A DNA stretch of 64,000 bases from a virus: IMG/VR virus record IMGVR_UViG_3300020152_000022; one strand, given 5' to 3'. A model generated the notes under the pieces. It searched no databases and was not told the DNA's origin. It saw only the letters and a list, made by a program, of their open reading frames with translations. Every line of letters starts with the position of its first letter. Positions within the stretch are counted from its first letter, which is position 1. The position numbers were made by a program, and so were the translations under genes. Below, in pieces: positions 53,919 through 61,807 of this stretch.

Positions 53919-55367
53919 TTACTTCGGAGCGAACAGGCGGGGATGGAGATCGCCGTTGAAGGTGTCCTTCACGGTCTTCGCCACAACCTGCTTGACCAAG
54001 TCGGCCAAGAGTTCGTCCACAGTCGGGTCAGACTGACCTTCCTTGGCATCCTTGAGGATCGCAAGATGGTTCATCATGCTTTCCGCCGCCGCCGCCAGAT
54101 CGTCCGTCGAAATCGCCCCGGCATTGCGCTGGATCATGCCGAGCTTGGCACGCTCCACCACCTCACGGATGGTCGCCGGGATATTGCCGGAGAGCTTGGC
54201 TGCCGTTTCGGTCAGGCTGGCCGTCTCCGCCAGAAGCTTGCCGGAATAGTGGCGGATCAGTCGTTCGACCGCCTCTTCATCCGGTGCCCTCAGAGAGATC
54301 ACCGCGTCGAGACGACCGGGGCGCAGCATCGCCTTGTCGATCTTCTCGACAAAGTTGGTGGTCAGCACCGTGATGATCTCGGCATTCTTGCCGATGACGC
54401 CGTCGATCTCGTTGATCAGATCGTTGGCACCCTCATTGCGGGAGCCGACGAGCCGGTCGATATCCTCGGCGAAAAGGACGCAAGGCTGGTACATCTTGGC
54501 GAACGCCAAGGCATAGCTGATCGCCTTGACGTTGTTGACGAGGACGAAGGTCCAGCCATTCTCAGATGCAACCCTCGCTGCCTGCCGAGCAGTGAGCGAT
54601 TTACCGGTGCCGTAAGGACCTTCAAGCAGGACGCCCCGCTTCAAGGGGACCTTGTGCTGCCTGCAAACGTCGGCATTGGCAATCGGCGTCAGCAGTGCAG
54701 TTTCGATCAGGCGCTCCGTCACCGCATTGAAGATCGGGATTTCGGTGCCAGAGAAGGGATCGAAATATTCGAGCGGCGAAGAGAAGTCGACACCGTTGCT
54801 TTCGTCACGTTCGAGCTTGACGCAGCGGCCCTTGTAGATCGAGTTCGTCTCGGCGTATTTGCGGGTTTCGAGCACAAGCTCCATGATGATCTTGCGTTCC
54901 TTGGCCCGGACATTGCCGACGATAGCCAACTGCGGAATGCCCTTGACCACGTCATACTTGGTCTCGATCACGGCATCGACGCCCGGCAGCTTGAACTGGC
55001 CGAACGGAACCTGAAGGAAATCTTCAGGCTTGGGGCCGACCTTGATATGGAGAAGCTGCGGCGGGATTTCGCCGAACCACGTCTGCTTTCCCTGCGTTCC
55101 CACATAGCCGTACTTCTCCTTCATGACGGCGAAGAGAGCGACGCAGCCGTCGAAGAAGTGGACGGGGATATGCTCGTGGATAGAATACTGCTGCATCGCG
55201 TCCTTGTGGGCACGCTTGAGGGTTTCCGCACCCTCCAACAGGCCCATGTCGCCCGGATCAGCAGGCAGCACAATCGCGGTGCCCTGATGCTTGATATCCA
55301 CGGTACGCGCCGCCCAATCGACGGTCGACTTTTCCGTTTCAAGCTGCTTTGCTGTTTGAGTAGACAT
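53919..55367 (-). CDS. AAA+ ATPase (FtsH/Cdc48-type core)
   Basis: GVLLEGPYGTGKS, LFAEDID, LTTN, DKAMLRPGRLD (second region of homology). Confidence 0.9.
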   Translation of the reverse strand: MSTQTAKQLETEKSTVDWAARTVDIKHQGTAIVLPADPGDMGLLEGAETLKRAHKDAMQQYSIHEHIPVHFFDGCVALFAVMKEKYGYVGTQGKQTWFGEIPPQLLHIKVGPKPEDFLQVPFGQFKLPGVDAVIETKYDVVKGIPQLAIVGNVRAKERKIIMELVLETRKYAETNSIYKGRCVKLERDESNGVDFSSPLEYFDPFSGTEIPIFNAVTERLIETALLTPIANADVCRQHKVPLKRGVLLEGPYGTGKSLTARQAARVASENGWTFVLVNNVKAISYALAFAKMYQPCVLFAEDIDRLVGSRNEGANDLINEIDGVIGKNAEIITVLTTNFVEKIDKAMLRPGRLDAVISLRAPDEEAVERLIRHYSGKLLAETASLTETAAKLSGNIPATIREVVERAKLGMIQRNAGAISTDDLAAAAESMMNHLAILKDAKEGQSDPTVDELLADLVKQVVAKTVKDTFNGDLHPRLFAPK

Positions 55368-55785
55368 GCATTTTCCCTTTCGTTTGGCGGTGGTCCGCCC
55401 TGATTTCCCCAAGTATTAGAGGTGCCGGATGCGCCCTTGGGGTATGACGCATCCGGCTATACGCTTGGCAATCCTTGACCATTAACCAAGCGATCAAAGG
55501 GGGAGGGGAACTGTACTCGGAACTGTAGATGGTCCCATAGACATTGTCGGGCTTGTATCCTGCTCACCGCATCCGAATAGCTCAACGCTACCCAATGCCT
55601 TTAGTGGTGTCCGTTTCCACGACCTAGTCAGTCCACCATCGCAACCGTGCAGACTTCCCCTCACTCGTTATGCTCAACACATAACGCCCACTCGGACCCA
55701 GCCAAAGCTGGGAAACTGGCGTCGGCGAAGCTCTCAAGACTGAACAAACCGAGGTTAAATGAGATCAACCCCGCCGACTGTTTCG

Positions 55786-55814
55786 ACCCTAGCCGACGGA
55801 TCGTCGCCGGTCAA
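55786..55814 (-). promoter_or_regulatory. Promoter with operator sites driving AAA/TerB operon
   Basis: TTGACC-17 nt-TAGGGT; CGACGGATCGTCG in spacer; second copy at 55816; GGACAATTTGTCC at 55864. Confidence 0.6.
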
Positions 55815-55881
55815 GGGACGGATCGTCGCCCCGATCCTTTAGGTAGTAACTCAGTACCACGATGGACAATTTGTCCGCTGT

Positions 55882-55965
55882 TCAGACCCCGCCGTAGAAC
55901 AGGTAAGCTGCCAACAGCAGGCATATCACGCCCAGCCAGAAGCATCCTTCCTGTTCCGTGTTCAT
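55882..55965 (-). CDS. 27 aa membrane micropeptide
   Basis: MNTEQEGCFWLGVICLLLAAYLFYGGV; ATGA-coupled. Confidence 0.55.
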   Translation of the reverse strand: MNTEQEGCFWLGVICLLLAAYLFYGGV

Positions 55966-56060
55966 GGCGACGTCATCCAGATGAAGATGAGAGCGCCAAT
56001 GGCGTGGCCTATGGCGAGGCCGAGAAGAAGAGAGACAAGCTTATCCATCATATCGTTCAT
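55962..56060 (-). CDS. 32 aa membrane micropeptide
   Basis: MNDMMDKLVSLLLGLAIGHAIGALIFIWMTSP; ATGA-coupled on both sides. Confidence 0.55.
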   Translation of the reverse strand: MNDMMDKLVSLLLGLAIGHAIGALIFIWMTSP

Positions 56061-56425
56061 ATCTCCCACTCCTTCGAATAAAAGCAGTTCGGCGGCAGTG
56101 GCTCGAACAGCGGCTTGATCTGCTCTTGGTTATAGCCTGCAAGGCCGCAGCCGACAGGGGTCACTTCGAAGCTGACGCCGGGACGCTTTGCGGCGAAGTC
56201 CTTGAAGCGGTCGATGCTGGCCTTGATGGCAGACAAGGGCCGCACGATCAGCCGCTTGTCCTTGGTGGGTATGGCATAGGAATTCCCGGTCAGCCCCTCA
56301 CCGACCCCGGTCTGCGCCCCACGGTAGCGCCGGGCAAACTCGGCAGCGCCCTTGCCATGGCGTCCGGCCTCATTGGAGCCGAACACAAATACAGGTTGCG
56401 GTACGTGCTTGGGATCGGACCTCAT
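56057..56425 (-). CDS. A1S_2505-family-like phage non-structural protein
   Basis: VFVFGSN.AGRHGKGAA..A....GA..G.GEG..GNSYAIPT. Confidence 0.7.
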   Translation of the reverse strand: MRSDPKHVPQPVFVFGSNEAGRHGKGAAEFARRYRGAQTGVGEGLTGNSYAIPTKDKRLIVRPLSAIKASIDRFKDFAAKRPGVSFEVTPVGCGLAGYNQEQIKPLFEPLPPNCFYSKEWEI

Positions 56426-56928
56426 CGTGCCTTCACCCTTTCGCGTGGCTTGTCTTCGAGCATGTCGAGGAAATATTCCGGCCCGGTCCAGCGGCCAAGC
56501 GTTGGGTTATCCCACTTATTCAATGCCGCCCTGACGGCTCGCTCTGCACTATCCCGCGTCACGTAGTCAGACTTTTTCGGAAGAGACGCGAGGAAGGTTT
56601 TGGCGACCTCCTGCGCCGAATATCGCTTGCCGTCGATTATGATTCTGGCAAAGCTTCCATTATCAAATCCGTCCCCCTTTACCTCGTGCCATTCATTGGG
56701 AACGGTCTTGCCGATGCCGCGCTGCGGGGATGCCTGAAGAAGACAGGCACCATCATGGCGATCCTTGATGAAGGCCATCCAGCGATTGCTGACGATCTTG
56801 TCGTCCTTGAAGAGTTCTGTCTCAGGCACCCCGAAATGCTTGAGCGCCAAGCGCATGGCTTGGTGATAGTTGTCTGAGGCGGTCGACCAATGGTGCATAC
56901 CGCCTGCCCATAGGACCCATTTGTCCAT
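56422..56928 (-). CDS. Hypothetical protein
   Basis: GGAGGA RBS before MDKW. Confidence 0.6.
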   Translation of the reverse strand: MDKWVLWAGGMHHWSTASDNYHQAMRLALKHFGVPETELFKDDKIVSNRWMAFIKDRHDGACLLQASPQRGIGKTVPNEWHEVKGDGFDNGSFARIIIDGKRYSAQEVAKTFLASLPKKSDYVTRDSAERAVRAALNKWDNPTLGRWTGPEYFLDMLEDKPRERVKAR

Positions 56929-56930
56929 GG

Positions 56931-57104
56931 TTATTCCTCCGGATCGGCACCCAGTAAAATGAGTGCCACGATGATGATGACGATCACGACACCGGCCAGC
57001 GTCATGCTCTTCCAGAAAAGGGAGAAGTTGCGGGCCGCGTCCATGTAGAAGTAGACGAGAACAAGGGCGGCGAACGCCCATGTCCCCCCGATCACGCGGC
57101 TCAA
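56931..57104 (-). CDS. Small two-helix membrane protein (57 aa)
   Basis: Manual translation from TTG overlapping upstream stop: ..WAFAALVLVYFY...LAGVVIVIIVALILLG. Confidence 0.55.
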   Translation of the reverse strand: MSRVIGGTWAFAALVLVYFYMDAARNFSLFWKSMTLAGVVIVIIIVALILLGADPEE

Positions 57105-57421
57105 TGCATTCGGACGTTCAGGGGTACGATATTATCCCCGCCAGTCCCCTCCGGCTGCTTCTCGTTCAGGCGCTCCATCGCCTCGTCATAGACCTCGTCA
57201 ATCCCTATGAGGGAAAGGCGCTTGATCTCATCGAGCATTTCTAACCGCGCTTCACGCGGGATCGTGTCTCCGCCCAGCGCCGCCACCCCGAAGAGAGATT
57301 GCACCGCCATCATCACCATCTTGCGGGCCGCATTCGGCAGGTCAGAGTCCTGATGCTCCAACTGCGCCATCATGGAGCTTGCCATCAGATACTTCCCACG
57401 CTTCTCGCACATTTCGCACAT
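57101..57421 (-). CDS. Hypothetical protein
   Basis: GAAAGGGAAAC RBS; CEMC N-terminus. Confidence 0.6.
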   Translation of the reverse strand: MCEMCEKRGKYLMASSMMAQLEHQDSDLPNAARKMVMMAVQSLFGVAALGGDTIPREARLEMLDEIKRLSLIGIDEVYDEAMERLNEKQPEGTGGDNIVPLNVRMH

Positions 57422-57445
57422 ATCGTTTCCCTTTCTCGGCTGGTT

Positions 57446-57670
57446 TCACCGTTCGGCATTCGTCGCCGATCCGGGATCATGCGACGGTTTGTCGTCGGCG
57501 TCAACCGGGTTCGTCTGGTAGGGGATGCCATGAAGAATAAGGTGAGTTCGCCAGCCGGGCGGTGGAGGCCAAGGCACGCCCCATGACTGCAATGTCTCGC
57601 GCGTCCATGCGCCGTTCACGCTCGCGGCGTTGATGCGTTCGCGCCGTGCGACGGCTTCGTCATTTCCCAT
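57446..57670 (-). CDS. WGVPWPPP-motif protein
   Basis: GAWTRETLQSWGVPWPPPPGWR..LI..GIPY. Confidence 0.65.
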   Translation of the reverse strand: MGNDEAVARRERINAASVNGAWTRETLQSWGVPWPPPPGWRTHLILHGIPYQTNPVDADDKPSHDPGSATNAER

Positions 57671-57950
57671 TGGATGGAACCTTGTAAGGAATACCGTACT
57701 TTATAAGGGTGTTCTTCCAGTCCTTCGGCGGAGGCCAAGGTACGCCCCATGCTTCGAGTGTCTTTTTTGAATAACCACCCCGAGGCGTCATCGCCTGTTC
57801 AATGGATCGTTGGGTCATCTTCCTCCGAGCCTCCAGCGCCGCAATGGCACGGTCTGCCGCGTCATATGCATCCGATTGAGCGTCATGCGTGCCCTGACGG
57901 CGAGCCATGCCCTCATGCCGAGCCCGGTTCCAATTCATGCGATGGGCCAT
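57660..57950 (-). CDS. WGVPWPPP-motif protein (paralog)
   Basis: GGYSKKTLEAWGVPWPPPKDWK..LI..GIPY. Confidence 0.65.
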   Translation of the reverse strand: MAHRMNWNRARHEGMARRQGTHDAQSDAYDAADRAIAALEARRKMTQRSIEQAMTPRGGYSKKTLEAWGVPWPPPKDWKNTLIKYGIPYKVPSNGK

Positions 57951-58455
57951 GCTTGCGTCTCCTTTGCGCAATAGGATCATCTAGACGGTGAATGGGGTAG
58001 AGACCCGCATCCGCCGAAATAAAAAAACAATACCCGTCCACGAGGCGTAGCACTTCATCGACCGCGCTGATGCCGCATGCCTGCGGCGGCTCTCTGAGGG
58101 GCGCTCCGCCTCGGGGTAGATTTTCAAAAAGAAAATCCTGAGTTCCCATTATATTCGTCGTTTACGCACGCGCATGGGTTGCGCAATGCGAGGCCGTCTA
58201 GAAGCCCGTGCTATTCCTTGTTGGCACTACCCTACATTGTTTGGCCCGGTTTATCGTGGCATCCCAATGCGTTGTCACGCATGAATTGGAAGCGCATGCG
58301 CGCGCTGACGTCGGGCCTGAATGCCAAACGCACGTAGGCCCCACGAGGAAACCGCGCGTTTGCTGCGAATAGGCGGATCAGGGAGTTGCACGTCAGTGGT
58401 CAATCCGATACAATCGGAGACACTGAATGGCACGTCGATACCGTCCATTCATTCC

Positions 58456-58496
58456 AAGGCCCCGCCGCTTCCATGCCGGTGGGGCCTTAACTTTTT
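58456..58496 (+). terminator. Intrinsic terminator-like hairpin
   Basis: AAGGCCCCGCCG/CGGTGGGGCCTT stem then AACTTTTT. Confidence 0.55.
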
Positions 58497-59067
58497 CAGG
58501 ATGCTACCGCGCTCCTGATTTCGTCAAGAGCCAAGAGATCGGATCGGACGAACTTTCTCAACCCCCTATTATTGACACTTCAAATCTAAGGGTACACTGT
58601 GGACAAACTGTCCGGCGATGGCCTCGTAAACACTCTCGTTTGGCAGTACCCTTATTCGCAAACTGTTGACACCATCTCTCCCAGCGCTCGTGGTTGGGGG
58701 CTGATAATACGGGGGCCGGGCTTGATCACCCGGCCCTTGTGTTTTTCGGCGACCGGCAGTAGGGTCGGTCCCGGAATTGGCGATGCCACTGACCGTTTCG
58801 TTTCCCAGACCAACGTTAACGGCATCGTTAGTTCCACCTATGGGAACGGGCATCGCCCCTCAGCGCATTGTCCCACACATCGTTAACCGGCGCTGTCCGT
58901 TCCCGCCAATCCGGAAAGATCGCCTCGGCGACTTCCGGGTGATCCCCGGAGTGTTGCGGCCCGCCCGAGATCGAGGCCGAGAGAATTTTCCCCCACTCCC
59001 CCGTTGCTCTGAGTTGCAAACCATGGGCGCAGTCGCAATGGATAATGGCTCGGCAGGGGATCGCCAC

Positions 59068-59142
59068 TGGTCCGTAGCTCAATGGTAGAGCACCTGACTG
59101 TTAATCAGGTTGTTGCTGGTTCGAGCCCAGCCGGATCAGCCA
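59068..59142 (+). tRNA. trnN: tRNA-Asn (GTT), encoded CCA
   Basis: Full cloverleaf: TGGTCCG/CGGATCA acceptor, GCTC/GAGC D-arm, CCTGA-CTGTTAA-TCAGG anticodon arm, GCTGG-TTCGAGC-CCAGC T-arm, G73, CCA. Confidence 0.95.
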
Positions 59143-59163
59143 ACCCCTCTGGACAATTTGCCC

Positions 59164-59382
59164 ATGACGCTTTCAGAACTTATCGAGAAGTATGATGCCA
59201 TGATGGAAGTCATTGGCGGCTGCGGCGATGGCAATTGCGTCGTCGTGCGCCCCAAGGGCATGCATACCAATGGTGGATGCCGCTGTTATGACGACCGCAT
59301 GAAGGCGATGCGCGTCATGTCACGCGCACGCTGGTTCGCTGAAGAGGTCCGTAAGCTTAGTTATGATAAACCCCGCGCATGA
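59164..59382 (+). CDS. Small Cys-motif phage protein
   Basis: GCGDGNC...GMHTNGGCRC. Confidence 0.6.
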   Translation: MTLSELIEKYDAMMEVIGGCGDGNCVVVRPKGMHTNGGCRCYDDRMKAMRVMSRARWFAEEVRKLSYDKPRA

Positions 59383-59731
59383 TCTCTTCGCGCAGGATAT
59401 TGCCGTATTTGCGCGCCAGCATGGTGGGCATGGTTGCCAATGACGTCATCTGCTCCAGCATATTCTCTGGCTCGACGTCGGCATATTCGGTGACGACAAT
59501 GAAGTCCTTGCTGCCCAGCCACGCTATGGTTTCTTCACGATCTTCTGGCACCGAAGAATAGAGATCGCGGATGGCTTGGGCCAATACACTGCGCCAGAGC
59601 AGTTGGACCGGGGTAAGATAATTACCGTGCGTCGCTTTCCGCGAGCGGAGTAATTCGTATTTCAACTCTCGGGTTGTCTGGGTCGAGCCCCCAACTGACG
59701 ACTTTCCTTCGCACGCATCTGTCATTGTCAT
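59357..59731 (-). CDS. Hypothetical protein (start uncertain)
   Basis: LWRSVLAQAIRD...E...W..S.DF..V...A helical pattern. Confidence 0.55.
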   Translation of the reverse strand: MTMTDACEGKSSVGGSTQTTRELKYELLRSRKATHGNYLTPVQLLWRSVLAQAIRDLYSSVPEDREETIAWLGSKDFIVVTEYADVEPENMLEQMTSLATMPTMLARKYGNILREEIMRGVYHN

Positions 59732-60023
59732 AGCATTTCCCCTGAAGTGCATCGAGAACGACACTCTCATCCAGATCAGGACGACGGCTGGCATAGTACA
59801 TGACCAGTTCAACGCTCACGTCCCCCGTGAACATTGGATCAAGTGTCGGACATTGCTTTTGAAAATCGGCGAGGTAACGCCGGGCTTTGTCGCTCTTGAT
59901 GATCAGTGGTCTCCCCCCGACTGTCACCAATTTGCGGCTGTTGGCCTTGGACGCAGCCTCACCATAAATCACGCGCTCCCATGGGGACGTGCGACCAGAT
60001 GACGTTGTCTTCTTTCGAGCCAT
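59622..60023 (-). CDS. rusA: RusA-like Holliday junction resolvase
   Basis: SKANSRK; RRPDLD...LDALQG..Y.ND..V; PRVEI.I. Confidence 0.85.
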   Translation of the reverse strand: MARKKTTSSGRTSPWERVIYGEAASKANSRKLVTVGGRPLIIKSDKARRYLADFQKQCPTLDPMFTGDVSVELVMYYASRRPDLDESVVLDALQGKCYDNDRCVRRKVVSWGLDPDNPRVEIRITPLAESDAR

Positions 60024-60067
60024 GAGTTAGTCTTATCTTATAATTCGGGGAACAAATCCATAGGAAT

Positions 60068-60982
60068 TTGAATTTGCGTTATACCAATAGTGCGGGCATC
60101 CCCGAGACGATCCGGCGAGCGCTCATCAAACGCAACGATCAGTACAATGCAGGCAAGGTCGACACCTCTGTCACCCAACTGATCCAGCCGCCGCAGATCA
60201 CCCTTCTGCGCAAGCAGCATTTCCGCGAGATGATCAAGGAAGCGCATGAGGACTTCTGGGCCTTGCTCGGTTCCGGCGTGCATTCCATTTTAGAACTTGG
60301 TGCCAGTGAGAACATGATCGTGGAGGAACGCCTCTTCGCCACCGTCGATGGCTGGCGGATATCAGGCGCGCTCGACGTGCAGGAATTCTTCGGCGACGAG
60401 GTCGATATCTCAGACTACAAGACGACTTCGGTTTACTCTGTAAACGGAGATGAACCCAAGAAAGAATGGGTCGAACAACTTAACATCTATGCTTTTCTAC
60501 TTGAACTGAACAAGCCGCAGTTCAGGGTCCGCAGCCTCAACATCATTGCCATCCTGCGCGACTGGTCCGGGGCCAAAGCCAAGGCCGATCCGCTCTATCC
60601 GCAGTTCCCGATCATGCCGGTCGTGCTTCCCTTGTGGTCGAAGAAGAAGCAGCTATCATTCATCCGTGAACGTATCGCCCACCACCGGGATGCGCGCTTC
60701 GCCCATGAGATGGGAGACACGCTGCCCGAATGCACGCCGGAGGAACGATGGGAAAAGGATAGCAAGTGGGCCGTCTTCAAGGACGGCAACAAGAGGGCGC
60801 TCAAGGTCTGCTCTACCGAAGAAGAGGCGTTGGATTTAGTTAAGGAGAAAGGCGATAACCATTATGTCGAACATCGACCGGGATCGTCAGTTCGGTGCCA
60901 GTATTGCGGATGCAACCCATGGTGCGAGCAATATAAGCGCATCGCCAGCGACGGAAACGTGGAAGGAGATACCGGAGTATGA
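60068..60982 (+). CDS. Cas4-like PD-(D/E)XK exonuclease
   Basis: SVTQL, G.GVH, ISGALD, DYKTT, QLNIYA; C-terminal Cys cluster. Confidence 0.85.
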   Translation: MNLRYTNSAGIPETIRRALIKRNDQYNAGKVDTSVTQLIQPPQITLLRKQHFREMIKEAHEDFWALLGSGVHSILELGASENMIVEERLFATVDGWRISGALDVQEFFGDEVDISDYKTTSVYSVNGDEPKKEWVEQLNIYAFLLELNKPQFRVRSLNIIAILRDWSGAKAKADPLYPQFPIMPVVLPLWSKKKQLSFIRERIAHHRDARFAHEMGDTLPECTPEERWEKDSKWAVFKDGNKRALKVCSTEEEALDLVKEKGDNHYVEHRPGSSVRCQYCGCNPWCEQYKRIASDGNVEGDTGV

Positions 60983-61457
60983 AGGCATCTATGAGGTAAG
61001 CAGCGAAGGCAGGATTTACTCTCTCCTGTCTAAGCGCCTTCTTAAACCATACGTTTCGGTGAGGAAGGGGATAAGGCGCTACTCCATCAAGTTGACGAAA
61101 GACGGTGCTGTTACGCAGCATTACGTTCATAGGCTTGTAGCCTTAGCTTTTATCGGCCCTTCCGAGCTTATGGTTCTGCACGGGAAAGAGGGTCCAGAAG
61201 TAAATGCGTTGAGGAATATTCGTTACGGAACTAACGCTGAGAATATGGCGGATATGAAGGAGTTCGGAAATCCAAACTATACAGGCAGACCATCCCATAT
61301 AAGCGATGAGGTCGTTCAAGACCTTCGCAGAATGCGAGAGGCGGGTTATTCTTATAAGGACATTTCCAATCGGCTGGGCGTAAAGCTTTCTTTCGTTGGG
61401 GATGTTCTTGTTGGCCGGAGGCGGTCAGCCTCCAGAAAGGTGGAAACCCATGTCTGA
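60864..61457 (+). CDS. NUMOD4-HNH homing endonuclease with C-terminal HTH
   Basis: WKEIPEYEG.YEVSSEGR, VHRLVALAF, H...N..N..Y.T..EN; start uncertain. Confidence 0.8.
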   Translation: MSNIDRDRQFGASIADATHGASNISASPATETWKEIPEYEGIYEVSSEGRIYSLLSKRLLKPYVSVRKGIRRYSIKLTKDGAVTQHYVHRLVALAFIGPSELMVLHGKEGPEVNALRNIRYGTNAENMADMKEFGNPNYTGRPSHISDEVVQDLRRMREAGYSYKDISNRLGVKLSFVGDVLVGRRRSASRKVETHV

Positions 61458-61701
61458 AGTAATCTCTTTTCCGAACAAGCAGCCGATTGAGGAAGAAACC
61501 AGCGAGCGCTCTCCCTTGGAGATGCTGAAATACATTGCTGGCATGATCGAGGAAGGCGAGACGGAAGCTGACCAGATGATCGTCGGCTGGGTTCATCGCA
61601 CTGATAACCAGCTACAGCTACGCTACATGCTGGCTGGTGAGCCAAGCGTCAATGGTGCCATCGGCATGCTTGAGATGGTCAAGATCGATCTCGCGACATA
61701 A
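61450..61701 (+). CDS. Hypothetical protein
   Basis: Intact ORF; V..FP N-terminus, GMLE..K C-terminus. Confidence 0.6.
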   Translation: MSEVISFPNKQPIEEETSERSPLEMLKYIAGMIEEGETEADQMIVGWVHRTDNQLQLRYMLAGEPSVNGAIGMLEMVKIDLAT

Positions 61702-61727
61702 AAAAAGGGCCGGTGTTTACCCGGCCC
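61700..61727 (-). terminator. Terminator-like hairpin with A-run on 5' side
   Basis: A7 then GGGCCGG/CCGGCCC. Confidence 0.45.
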
Positions 61728-61807
61728 AAGGAAGCGAATGATGTGAAAGGGAAAATAACACATCGACAAGAACAATAGGATCACCGCTGATCAAAAGCAA
61801 GGAGCGA

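Noticed and set aside
53244-55403. Long antisense ORFs (also 15746-17254, 21245-22486, 50553-51917, 39788-40624)
   Set aside because: These are shadow frames opposite well-supported genes in GC-rich DNA, with no motifs or RBS.
55424-55457. Enterobacterial REP-like GCCGGATGCG palindrome
   Set aside because: Single copy, no RAYT transposase; treated as a hairpin of the leader.
57913-58149. 78 aa ORF upstream of the WGVPWPPP genes
   Set aside because: No RBS, no recognisable motif, and long overlap with the next gene; cannot be supported.
58572-58598. Promoter TTGACA...TACACT
   Set aside because: The spacer is only 15 nt. Plausible given the adjacent palindrome at 58601, but too weak to list as a feature.
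58690-58745. tmRNA-like 5' end (GGGGGCTGAT...)
   Set aside because: No matching T-arm/acceptor 3' piece ending CCACCA and no tag reading frame could be found.
60068-60982. cas4 as part of a CRISPR system
   Set aside because: It is a solo Cas4-like exonuclease beside SSAP and SSB, the usual phage recombination context.
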